A stretch of DNA of 64,000 nt from Candidatus Methylomirabilia bacterium. Lineage in GTDB: Bacteria > Methylomirabilota > Methylomirabilia > Rokubacteriales > CSP1-6. A program made the translations under genes and the position numbers. Numbering within the stretch: the stretch's first letter is position 1; each line of letters begins with the position of its first letter. The notes under the pieces were generated by a model, which saw only the letters and a program-made list of their open reading frames with translations, did no database searches and was not told the origin of the DNA. This document shows, piece after piece, positions 19,544 through 28,123 of the stretch. The DNA is taken from the NCBI GenBank assembly GCA_046758965.1, contig JBHIBG010000006.1, positions 29,930 to 93,929 of the forward strand. Reading direction: 5' to 3'.

Positions 19544-19879
19544 CTAGCCACTCGGGAACGTCCTCGAGAACTGGCGCTCCATCGTCTCATCGACTCCCCG
19601 CCTGAACTTCCAATACCGCTTCAGGAACCGCTGGCCGTCCTTTGTGAGCCGTGTCCCACCCCGGGGCCCACCCCCGGGGGTGCGTTCCAAAAACTTGAGC
19701 CCGGCGGCCTGCTCCAGCTCCCGGATATAGCCCCAGGCGTTTCGATAGGACATCCCGAAGCGGCCGACCGCCTTTTTCAGCGATCCGAGCTCGTTGATGA
19801 GTTCAAACAACCGTGCGCGGCCATCGCCGAACTTGACGCGCTCGCCAAAAACAACCCACACCTTAATTTTCGGTTTCAC
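19544..19879 (-). CDS. modE: ModE-family winged-helix regulator (N-terminal domain only)
   Basis: FGDGRARLF..I.ELGSL..A..FGMSYRNAW..I..LE, GG..GGTRLT; 111 aa, no TOBE domains. Confidence 0.85.
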   Translation of the reverse strand: MKPKIKVWVVFGERVKFGDGRARLFELINELGSLKKAVGRFGMSYRNAWGYIRELEQAAGLKFLERTPGGGPRGGTRLTKDGQRFLKRYWKFRRGVDETMERQFSRTFPSG

Positions 19880-19954
19880 ACCCTCTTCTCGCTCCCCCTC
19901 GTGCAGCTCGTTCCGGTCGGCAGAACCTCACGACGATTCCGGACGCCCTGCCCG

Positions 19955-21361
19955 TCATCCCCGCCCGCGAGGAATGGCATGGGAAAGTTGGGCGAAGGGG
20001 GGTTGCAGGATATACGCCACCGTGCACTCCGGGCCGTGAACGGCTTCCGCGCGGGCCACAGCTTCCTCCACGCTCGCCGCCGTCTCGAAGCCGAGATGGC
20101 GGGGCACGGCGGCGTCGCGGGGCGCGGCGACGACCACCTGCCGCAGGTGCGAGAGTCGCCTGAGGGGGTACAGCGCCATGATGGCGTGGACCGGATGAAA
20201 GGCGAAGCGGTCACGGTACGCCTCGATGTACTCCGGGCGCCGCGCGTAGTCGTCAGCGAAGCGGTGCATGATCTCGTACGGGTCACGGCTCTCCGGGAGC
20301 ACGCGCTCCCAGACCTCGGGGTATGAGGCATGGGCGACCCGGTCCCAGCGCTCGGGGACCGGCGTGGCCATGATCACGGTACACCCGGACTTGCCGAGCG
20401 CCTCGATCAGCCCGCCCGCATAGCCGAGCCCCGTGGAGATCAGGGTCAGGATCGGATTCACGCGCGAGAAGACCGCATAGGGGCTCCAGTCCGGAACGCC
20501 ATAGACCAGGAGATCGAAGCGCTCGCGCGCCAGCTGCCGCCGGGCCGGGAAAAGCCTCTCCACGGTCTCCAGCGCCCGACGACGGGTCTCGTCCACGCTC
20601 CCCGCGAAGACCTGCGCGACCTCCAGGGGATTCGACAGGACGGTGTCGAGCTTGAAGACCCGCTTGCCCAGGCGGCGCTCGAGGTGGGCACCCATCTCGT
20701 TCAGGACCGCATGCATCCGGTTGTCGCGGACCGACATGGACATCCCATCGGGGGTGTGGGTCCACCGAATAGAGTTGTAGGTCGAGAGCCCCACGCAGAT
20801 GGATTTCCAGCCGCCCAAGAACCCCCGGTTGTAGCGCGCGTTGACGTAGATCGTCAGGTCGGACTCCGCCACGAGGCGGTGGACCTCCACGTTGTAGCCG
20901 TTGGGCGAGCTCTTTCCCAGGTCCACGAGGTTCTCCCGGTCCTCGGCATCATGGCAGATCAATCGCGGACCGAACTCCCGGACGAGGTCGTCTCCCAGGA
21001 GCACGGCCAGCTCGCTTGGCCTGAGCTTCCGGTGGAGCGCGTTGGCGCAGATCAGCGTGACCTGCCCCCGCGAGACCCCCGCCGCCTGAAGCTCCTCCAG
21101 CACCGCCTCGATCGCCACCCTGCGGACCGGACCGTGGGATTCTATCGTGGCGTCGTCGAAGGCAACGGCGACGCTGGCCCCGGGCCTCACCAGCTCCCTG
21201 ATCCTCGAGAGCCCCCGAGGCTCAGCCAGCGCCTGGCGGACGGCCGCCGCCAGATCCTCGACCGGAGGCAGGGTGGCCCGCTCCGCGGTCGGAATCACGA
21301 CCGCCCGGTCGGGGATCTCGGCAGGGAGAGTTCCCTCGCCGTACGGAAGCTCGACCTTCAT
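19955..21361 (-). CDS. Lactate racemase (LarA/DUF2088) superfamily protein
   Basis: LPYGE, AFDDAT, ANALHR, HDAED, GGWKSI motifs. Confidence 0.8.
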   Translation of the reverse strand: MKVELPYGEGTLPAEIPDRAVVIPTAERATLPPVEDLAAAVRQALAEPRGLSRIRELVRPGASVAVAFDDATIESHGPVRRVAIEAVLEELQAAGVSRGQVTLICANALHRKLRPSELAVLLGDDLVREFGPRLICHDAEDRENLVDLGKSSPNGYNVEVHRLVAESDLTIYVNARYNRGFLGGWKSICVGLSTYNSIRWTHTPDGMSMSVRDNRMHAVLNEMGAHLERRLGKRVFKLDTVLSNPLEVAQVFAGSVDETRRRALETVERLFPARRQLARERFDLLVYGVPDWSPYAVFSRVNPILTLISTGLGYAGGLIEALGKSGCTVIMATPVPERWDRVAHASYPEVWERVLPESRDPYEIMHRFADDYARRPEYIEAYRDRFAFHPVHAIMALYPLRRLSHLRQVVVAAPRDAAVPRHLGFETAASVEEAVARAEAVHGPECTVAYILQPPFAQLSHAIPRGRG

Positions 21362-21398
21362 CGTGGAGCCAGCGTTTCTCCTCCCGCCCTGATCGGCG

Positions 21399-22343
21399 CT
21401 ATGCCGAAAGGCGCGGGATCACCTCGCGGGCGATCAGCTCGACCTGCTGGGGTTCATAGCGGTACGGGATGAAGACGATCCGGTGGATCCCGGCCTCCAG
21501 GTAAGGTCGGAGCTGCGCCACGCACTCCTCCACCGTCCCCCGGATCGCATGCTCAATGGTGGAATCGCTCCAGGCGGCCACGTCCCACTCGGTCGTGAGC
21601 CACTGCCGCATCAGCGGGTCGGCCTCGACCATTGGGCGCCCCACATAGATGGCGAGCTGGTTGGTGGCCGTGAGCTGCCCCGGGTCGCGTCCGTACTCCT
21701 TCGCGTAGCCCCGGATCTTGGCCCATGATTTCGTAAACCCCTCTGGCGTGTAGAAGTAGGTAAGCCACCCGTCGGCCATCCGCGCCACGCGCCGGAGCAC
21801 GGTATCCACGTAGCCGCCGATGAGCACCGGCGGGCGCGGCTTCTGGTGCGGCTTCGGCAGGAGCACAGCTTCCCGGAGGTTCAGACCGTTGACCTGGGCG
21901 GTCACCGACTCCTCCGTCCAGAGGCGGAGCAGGAGCTCGAGGTTCCGCTCGAAGATCCGCCCGCGCTCTCTGAACGGCACGCCGACGGCGTCAAACTCCC
22001 GCGCATACCAGCCCGCAGCCGCCCCCAGAATCAGGCGCCCCTTGGAGATCCGGTCCAGGCTCGCCAGCACCTTGGCCGTCACAACCGGGTTCCGCAGCGG
22101 GAGAACCAGGACGCCGGTGCCCAGCTTGACCCGGCTCGTCCGCGCCGCGATGGCGGTGAGAACCGAGAGCGCATCCAGGATCGGGAAGGCCGGCTTGACC
22201 CCCAGGAGCACGTGATCCCAGGTCCAGAGCGACTCAAAGCCCAGGGCCTCGGCGCGTTCGGCGTAGCTCAGGATCCCGTCCACGTCGGGCGTTTCGTCCG
22301 GGCCGACGAAGTTTCTGATGGCGACGCCGAACTGTGCCGTCAT
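21399..22343 (-). CDS. LLM-class flavin/F420-dependent oxidoreductase
   Basis: GFESLWTWDH, LGTGVLVLPLRNP, GRLILG..GW..EF. Confidence 0.88.
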   Translation of the reverse strand: MTAQFGVAIRNFVGPDETPDVDGILSYAERAEALGFESLWTWDHVLLGVKPAFPILDALSVLTAIAARTSRVKLGTGVLVLPLRNPVVTAKVLASLDRISKGRLILGAAAGWYAREFDAVGVPFRERGRIFERNLELLLRLWTEESVTAQVNGLNLREAVLLPKPHQKPRPPVLIGGYVDTVLRRVARMADGWLTYFYTPEGFTKSWAKIRGYAKEYGRDPGQLTATNQLAIYVGRPMVEADPLMRQWLTTEWDVAAWSDSTIEHAIRGTVEECVAQLRPYLEAGIHRIVFIPYRYEPQQVELIAREVIPRLSA

Positions 22344-22361
22344 CGGGTCAATCCCCGCTGC

Positions 22362-23120
22362 TCAGAGGAATCGCCGGTCAGGGTCGAGGTCCCGGAGAAG
22401 GGTGAGCTCGCCCTCACTCGGCGGTTCGGTGACCGGAATGCGCTCCGGGGTCAGGAGCTCGAACCCTGTCCGCTCCGTCAGATCGCCCAACGAGACACCG
22501 GTGTGCACGCTCTCCACCCGCATAGCCTTTGTCTCGTCGTCGAACCCCATGATCCCGAGATCGGTTACGACCCGGCTCACTCGCCCGAAGAGCAGACCGG
22601 CCTTCCGCCGCGAGTCGCCCCCGTCGAGGAACCCCGGGCTCGTCACGAAGTCCACCCGGGGGACGAAGCGGCGGCGCTCATGCATCGTCACCACCATCAC
22701 CCGGCGGCAGAGAGAGATGATGTCATTCGCCCCTCCGCTGCCGGGGAGCCGCAGCTTCGGGGAACCGTAGGGCCCGATCACGCTCGAATTCAGATTGCCG
22801 TAGCGGTCGACCTGAGCGCCCCCGACGAACCCGATGTCCAGGAAGCCGCGCTGGGCAAAGAGAAAAATGTCAGTGATCCCCGGAAGCATCTGGGCACGGT
22901 GCGCGATGCGCATCTCGTTGGTCGAGATCGGCAGCCGCCCCGGGACCACTTCGGGGCCGATGGAGCCGCCTTCCACCACGATGGTCAGACCCGGAGCATG
23001 AGTTCTCTGGGCCAGGACAGCCGCGAGCAACGGGGTCCCCACACCCGCGAACACCGAGGAGACCCCAGCCAGTTGGCGGGCGGCCATCACGGCGAGCAGC
23101 TCGGAGGGGGAATAGCTCAT
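22362..23120 (-). CDS. CoA-transferase beta subunit (GctB/PcaJ-like)
   Basis: FAGVG, GAQVDRYGNLNS, LPGSGGAND, VDFVTSPG. Confidence 0.88.
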   Translation of the reverse strand: MSYSPSELLAVMAARQLAGVSSVFAGVGTPLLAAVLAQRTHAPGLTIVVEGGSIGPEVVPGRLPISTNEMRIAHRAQMLPGITDIFLFAQRGFLDIGFVGGAQVDRYGNLNSSVIGPYGSPKLRLPGSGGANDIISLCRRVMVVTMHERRRFVPRVDFVTSPGFLDGGDSRRKAGLLFGRVSRVVTDLGIMGFDDETKAMRVESVHTGVSLGDLTERTGFELLTPERIPVTEPPSEGELTLLRDLDPDRRFL

Positions 23121-24073
23121 CGGCCGCCGAGAAGCTCACGAGCGTGGCGCGCCTGGCGAGCCAGGGCCTCGTCTCCGAAGAGCGCAAGGTACTCCCGATG
23201 GCTCCGAGGCCTATGGATATAGCGATCGAGATACTCGCCGATCGCGCGGGTCCCCTTTGCGGTGATCTCGGCGACATACGCGTCGAAATGGCTGACGTCA
23301 GCCTCGTAGAGGCCGTAGCACTCGTGGGGGAAAGCCCCGTAGGGAACCTCCACGAGCGCATCCACCACGAAGCCGGGGATCACGGTCCGATCGGGGTGAC
23401 GCCGGATCTCCTCCTCGGAGATGATCTCCTCGGCGGTGACGAGCACGGTCGTCGCCGCACGAGCAATGTCGGGGTCCATGTGGGGGTAGCCATCGATCTG
23501 ACAGTTGCCGAATCGATCGGCGCGGTGGACGTGGAGGAGCGCCACATCAGGGAAGAGGGCCGGGATAAGGCAGAGCGTCTCGCCCGTGAAGGGGCACGTC
23601 ATCGTCCCCGCTTCACCGACCCCCATCAGATCCGAGCCGAGCATCGTGAGCGTCGGCAGGAACGGCACGCCCATCGCGCCGGCGCGGTAGCGCAGCCCGA
23701 GCCCCAGGTGGCTCCACTCCTCAAAGCGGACCCGACCACTCTCCGCCTGCTCCCGCATGACCCGCGAGAGCCCCCAGGGGAGGCCGATCCCAAACCAGCT
23801 CGTCACCACGGCCTCCGCCGCTCCGGCGGCCAGGAACCACTCCCCCTCGTAGCACATCAGGTTTCGGGATAGCGTGAGGCCGCGCCGGCCCTGGCGCAAG
23901 AGTTCCATGAGCAGGGCCAGGGGAGTGCGAGAGAAGAGGCAGCCGCCGATCGCGATGTGATCGCCGGCCTTGACTCGCCGCACGGCCTCCGGGAGCGTGG
24001 TGAGCTTCTCCCCGGACGCCGGGGGCTTCGCCTCGAGCCGACGCCGGGCCTCCACGAAGTCGCCGGGCTTCAC
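23117..24073 (-). CDS. CoA-transferase alpha subunit (GctA/PcaI-like)
   Basis: GG...SRTP, AGAMGVPFLP, PDVALLHVHRAD.FGN. Confidence 0.88.
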   Translation of the reverse strand: MKPGDFVEARRRLEAKPPASGEKLTTLPEAVRRVKAGDHIAIGGCLFSRTPLALLMELLRQGRRGLTLSRNLMCYEGEWFLAAGAAEAVVTSWFGIGLPWGLSRVMREQAESGRVRFEEWSHLGLGLRYRAGAMGVPFLPTLTMLGSDLMGVGEAGTMTCPFTGETLCLIPALFPDVALLHVHRADRFGNCQIDGYPHMDPDIARAATTVLVTAEEIISEEEIRRHPDRTVIPGFVVDALVEVPYGAFPHECYGLYEADVSHFDAYVAEITAKGTRAIGEYLDRYIHRPRSHREYLALFGDEALARQARHARELLGGR

Positions 24074-24204
24074 CGGACGATCTCCCAGCTGAGCCCGGAC
24101 CTGTCCACGGACGACCGGTTCCGGTCGTCATCGCGAGCGAGGAAAACGGGCAGCTCCGGATACTTCAGCGCCGCCTCGACGGCCGCAGCGGGTTTCCCGC
24201 TCAT
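24070..24204 (-). CDS. Small 44-aa ORF, possibly translationally coupled to the CoA-transferase
   Basis: MSGKPAAAVEAALKYPELPVFLARDDDRNRSSVDRSGLSWEIVR*; GTGA overlap with the next start; TGATAGAAT upstream. Confidence 0.4.
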   Translation of the reverse strand: MSGKPAAAVEAALKYPELPVFLARDDDRNRSSVDRSGLSWEIVR

Positions 24205-24219
24205 GGCACGGGGATTCTA

Positions 24220-26565
24220 TCATGCCTCGGCGCCGAGTCGCAGCAGCACGGCAAGCCGGCGCGGGGTCACGGGCGTCTCGGTGATCCGGACACCGAACGG
24301 CGCCAACGCGTCCTCGATCGCGTTGGCGATCGCCGCAGGCGGCGAGATCGCCCCACCCTCCCCGAGTCCCTTGATGCCGAGCGGGTTGCGCGGCGAGGGA
24401 AACTCGAGGTGCACAGTTTCGATCGGCGGAAGCTCGTCGGCCACGGGAATGTGGTAGTCCATGAGCGTGTTGCTCAGGAGCTGTCCGGTCTCGTCGTAGA
24501 TTATCTCTTCGTACAGGGCGCCGCCGACCCCCTGAGCCACCCCGCCATGGATCTGTCCGTCGACGATCATGGGGTTGATGAGGCGACCGCAGTCGTGGGC
24601 GACGACATACCGGAGAAGCCTCACCAGGCCGCTGGCGAGGTTCACCTCGACCTGAGCGATGTGAACCGCGCTCGCAAAGGTCACGGTGGGGACGTGATGG
24701 TAGGCGGTAGCCTCAAACGCCGGCTCGACCACCCCGGGGGTCTCGTACGTGGGAAGGCTCGCCTGGATCACACGGGCGAGAGGCAAAGCTGAGGAAGGCA
24801 CGCCGCGGACGAAGACCTGTCCCTCCTCGATCTCGAGGTCGTCGGGCCTGGCCTCCAGAAGCTTGCCAGCGGCCTCCACCACCTTCTCCCTTACCCTGCG
24901 GGTCGCCGTCGCAATCGCGTTCCCCGCCAAGACCGCGCTTCGGCTGGCGAACGTTCCGATCCCGAACGGAATCCGATCAGTATCGCCGCCGATCACGGCC
25001 ACCCAGTCGAGGGGCACGCCGAGGACATCCGCGGCGATCTGGGCGAAGGAGGTCTCGTGGCCCTGGCCTTGGGAGCAGGCCCCGGTCGCGATGATGACGC
25101 GTCCGGTCGGGTCGAGTTTCACCGAGGCCCCCTCGTACGGCCCGATCGCCGTCCCCTCCACGTAGGAGGAGATGCCGATTCCACGATAGATCTCTTTCGG
25201 CCGAAGCTCGGCTTGCTCCTTCCGAAATCGCGCGTACCCTGAGGCCTCGAGCGCCTGCTCGAGAGTCGCGGGGAAGTCGCCGTTGTCCAAAACGAGAGGG
25301 TTCCCGTCCCGGTAGGGCATTCCCGTATCGTAAGGCATCTCGTCGGCGCGGATCACGTTACGGCGGCGGAGCTCCGCCGGGTCCATTCGAAGCTCCCGCG
25401 CCAGGCAGTCGAGGATCCGGTCCATGGCAAAGACCGCCTCGGGCCGACCGGCGCCCCGGTACGGCGCGTTCGGAGCCTTGTTGGTCACCACGGCCTGAAA
25501 CTCAACGGAGAGGTTTCTGATGCGATACGGGCCGAGCAGATGAGCCACGGTGTTGTAGGGAAGGACGATCCCCCAGGAGTTATACGCGCCGAGGTCGAGC
25601 CAGATGCGGTCTCGCACAGCGAGGATCGTGCCCTCCCGCGTGGCGGCGACCTCGATCTCGTGGAGCTGGTCCCGGGCGTGGGCCGCGCCCACGAAGTGCT
25701 CGCGGCGGGTCTCCGCCCACTTGACCGGGCGGCCAACCTCCCGGGCGAGCAGGGGGACGAGGAGATCTTCGGAATAACCACACGCCTTGGTGCCGAAGCC
25801 GCCCCCGACGTCAGGGGCGATCACGCGCACCCGGTGGACGGCAAGCTCAAGCGTCCCCGCCACAGCCTGCTGAGTAAAGTGGGGCACCTGGGTGGAGTTC
25901 CAGGTCGTCAGGGTTCCATCGCGCCGGTCGAAGCTGGCGAGCACTCCGCGCGACTCGATCGGCATCCCCGCGTAGCGCTGAATCCTGAAGCGCTCGGCCA
26001 CCACGAACTCCGCGCTCCGGAACGCGCCATCTGCGTCCCCCACGGAATGCGTGAACGCAACGGCGACATTGTCACCCCACTGGGGATGAACCAATACCGC
26101 TCCGGCCTCGGCTCCGGCCTTGGCGTCACTGACCGGTGGAAGCGGCTCGCACTCCACCTCGATCAGCTCCAGGGCATCCTCCGCCACATAGCGGTCTTCG
26201 GCGACCACGGCCGCGACGACTTCGCCCACGTACCGAACCGTGTCCCGGGCGAGGGGATACTGCGCGGCGTGCTTCAAGTCGAACTTCACCCGAGCCGCGA
26301 GGCCCGGCGGCGGGCCGCCGAACGTGGGAAGGGGTTTCATCCAGCGCGCCAGGTCGTCATACGTGAAAACTCTGATCACTCCGGGAAGCCGCGCCGCCCT
26401 CTCGCTCCGGATGGCGCGGATCCGCGCGTGGGAGTGAAGGCTCCGGAGGAAGGCGGCGTGGAGAAGCCCCGGTAGCTGGATGTCGTCAACGAAACGGCCC
26501 CGCCCCCTGAGGAGCCGTGGATCCTCGTACCGCCTGACCGAAGCTCCGAAGTACTTCACCCCCAT
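24220..26565 (-). CDS. Xanthine dehydrogenase / CoxL-like molybdopterin-binding large subunit
   Basis: RYEDPRLLRG.G.FVDD, VGGGFGTK, PYRGAGRPE, GQGHET, GTFASRS, KGLGEGG. Confidence 0.9.
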   Translation of the reverse strand: MGVKYFGASVRRYEDPRLLRGRGRFVDDIQLPGLLHAAFLRSLHSHARIRAIRSERAARLPGVIRVFTYDDLARWMKPLPTFGGPPPGLAARVKFDLKHAAQYPLARDTVRYVGEVVAAVVAEDRYVAEDALELIEVECEPLPPVSDAKAGAEAGAVLVHPQWGDNVAVAFTHSVGDADGAFRSAEFVVAERFRIQRYAGMPIESRGVLASFDRRDGTLTTWNSTQVPHFTQQAVAGTLELAVHRVRVIAPDVGGGFGTKACGYSEDLLVPLLAREVGRPVKWAETRREHFVGAAHARDQLHEIEVAATREGTILAVRDRIWLDLGAYNSWGIVLPYNTVAHLLGPYRIRNLSVEFQAVVTNKAPNAPYRGAGRPEAVFAMDRILDCLARELRMDPAELRRRNVIRADEMPYDTGMPYRDGNPLVLDNGDFPATLEQALEASGYARFRKEQAELRPKEIYRGIGISSYVEGTAIGPYEGASVKLDPTGRVIIATGACSQGQGHETSFAQIAADVLGVPLDWVAVIGGDTDRIPFGIGTFASRSAVLAGNAIATATRRVREKVVEAAGKLLEARPDDLEIEEGQVFVRGVPSSALPLARVIQASLPTYETPGVVEPAFEATAYHHVPTVTFASAVHIAQVEVNLASGLVRLLRYVVAHDCGRLINPMIVDGQIHGGVAQGVGGALYEEIIYDETGQLLSNTLMDYHIPVADELPPIETVHLEFPSPRNPLGIKGLGEGGAISPPAAIANAIEDALAPFGVRITETPVTPRRLAVLLRLGAEA

Positions 26566-26623
26566 CTCACCCCTCTCAGTAGCTCGTGGGTGGTAGTGCC
26601 GGGCCAATGATGCACCTTGCTAG

Positions 26624-26988
26624 CGCCGGGCCGAGAACGGTCGGACGACCCACTTCGTGGGTGCCCGGCGGGGAAGGCCTTCGGCCTTTGGTCATCCGGC
26701 GGTCGTCGCCGTTCCTTTGCGGGCACCCAGTCCCGCCGGAGGCGGGCTGGGTCGGAGTACGCGGGCTCGGAGGGGAGCTCCGCCCCCCTGCCGACGCCCC
26801 TGGGCAAAGCCCACCGTTCGCCAGTTCTGCTTCGCAGTTGGCGAAGGGCTTCGGGGGCTGCCTCCCCCCGCCGGGACCCCAGCGGGCGGAGCCCAGCCTC
26901 CGGTCGGTCGGGGTCCCCACGAGGCGGAGCCGAGTGGGGTGCTGGGCTCCTCCCTGCGTCCTTGATCTGCTCGGTTCTCGGCACGGCG
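26624..26988. mobile_element. Putative MITE / structured non-coding element
   Basis: 15-bp terminal inverted repeats with one mismatch (CGCCGGGCCGAGAAC / GTTCTCGGCACGGCG), flanked by CTAG and CGAG; numerous internal hairpins; no credible ORF. Confidence 0.6.
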
Positions 26989-27046
26989 CGAGTGGCCTCC
27001 TGCCAAAAGTGGATGCAAACGTGCAGATGGTGGGCGAACAAGCAAG

Positions 27047-28072
27047 CTAGCCGATACCGAGCTCTCTCCGGACGATCCGGGCGCCGGCCGCGAGAGCCTT
27101 GAGCTTGGCGTTACACATCCCTCGGGGATCCCAGCCGAAGCCGCAGTCGGGGTTGAGGAACACCTTCTCGGGTTGCGCCACCCGAAGCACCCGGCGAACG
27201 CGGTCCGCCACGTCTTCGGGCGTCTCCGGGTAAAAGCCCTTGACGTCGATCACCCCCGCGCCGAGTTCCCGCCCGTCGTCGTACTCCTTCCAGAGCTCGA
27301 GTTCCGCCAACTCGCGACCGGCGAACTCCAGAACGAGCTGGTCGGCCCGGGCCTTGAGGATGCCTGGGAAGTACGGGCGGTACGAGCGATTGAACCGCGA
27401 ACGGCCGAAGCGGTTGCCGAAGCAGATGTGGTAGGCGAGCTTGGCTTTCACGCCCTCAGTGGCCTGGTTGAAGAGGCGCGCCATCTCCTCCCCGGAGACA
27501 TTGCCGCGCGCGGGCTCGTCGATCTGGATGAAGTCGGCACCCGCAGCCACCAGCCCTCGGAGCTCTGCGTTGATCACCTCGGCGAAGCGCTCGGCCACGT
27601 CCACCACGCCCCTGTACACGCTCCCCGGATGGATCCGGGAACCAAACGTCAAGGGCCCCGCGCAGGTCGCCTTCGTGCGTTTCGTCGTGTGCGCCTTGAG
27701 GTAGTCGAACTCTTTGACGATCCCGAGTCCTCCCGGCGGTGTCTCGATCCGCCCTACCGCCTCGTAGCGCGTCTGCTGATCGTAGCCCCAGGGGCCGGCC
27801 CTCCGGCGCGCGGGGAGTGGAGTGATCCCCTTGATGATGGCGTAGTAGCTGTCCACGTAGCCGTCCAGACGGCGGACTTCGCCATCGGTGATGATATCGA
27901 TGCCGGCTCGCTCCATGTCGCGGATCGCCGTATCGGCGGCGTCATCAAACATCTCCTCCAGGTCTGCGGGACCGAACTCTCCGGCCTCGGAGGTTTTGAT
28001 GGCGGCGTACCACCACCCCGGCTTGCCGTGGGAGCCGACCACCGCGGTTGGCAGCAGCGGAAGTTCTGCCAT
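27047..28072 (-). CDS. Cobalamin-independent methionine synthase II family protein (catalytic domain only)
   Basis: TAVVGSH, ITDGE, IQIDEP, zinc ligands HICFGN and PDCGFG; 341 aa single barrel. Confidence 0.85.
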   Translation of the reverse strand: MAELPLLPTAVVGSHGKPGWWYAAIKTSEAGEFGPADLEEMFDDAADTAIRDMERAGIDIITDGEVRRLDGYVDSYYAIIKGITPLPARRRAGPWGYDQQTRYEAVGRIETPPGGLGIVKEFDYLKAHTTKRTKATCAGPLTFGSRIHPGSVYRGVVDVAERFAEVINAELRGLVAAGADFIQIDEPARGNVSGEEMARLFNQATEGVKAKLAYHICFGNRFGRSRFNRSYRPYFPGILKARADQLVLEFAGRELAELELWKEYDDGRELGAGVIDVKGFYPETPEDVADRVRRVLRVAQPEKVFLNPDCGFGWDPRGMCNAKLKALAAGARIVRRELGIG

Positions 28073-28123
28073 GGTTCTACCCTCCTTCCGTGAATTCGGA
28101 GAAGATTCGGGGCGATTGTTCGA

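Noticed and set aside
24220..26565. Form I aerobic CO dehydrogenase
   Set aside because: Active-site loop is PYRGAGR rather than AYxCSFR, and no coxM/S or accessory genes are adjacent
26556..27102. Several overlapping ORFs in the 26.6-27.0 kb gap
   Set aside because: Pro/Gly/Arg-rich translations of palindromic repeats; better explained as a non-coding element
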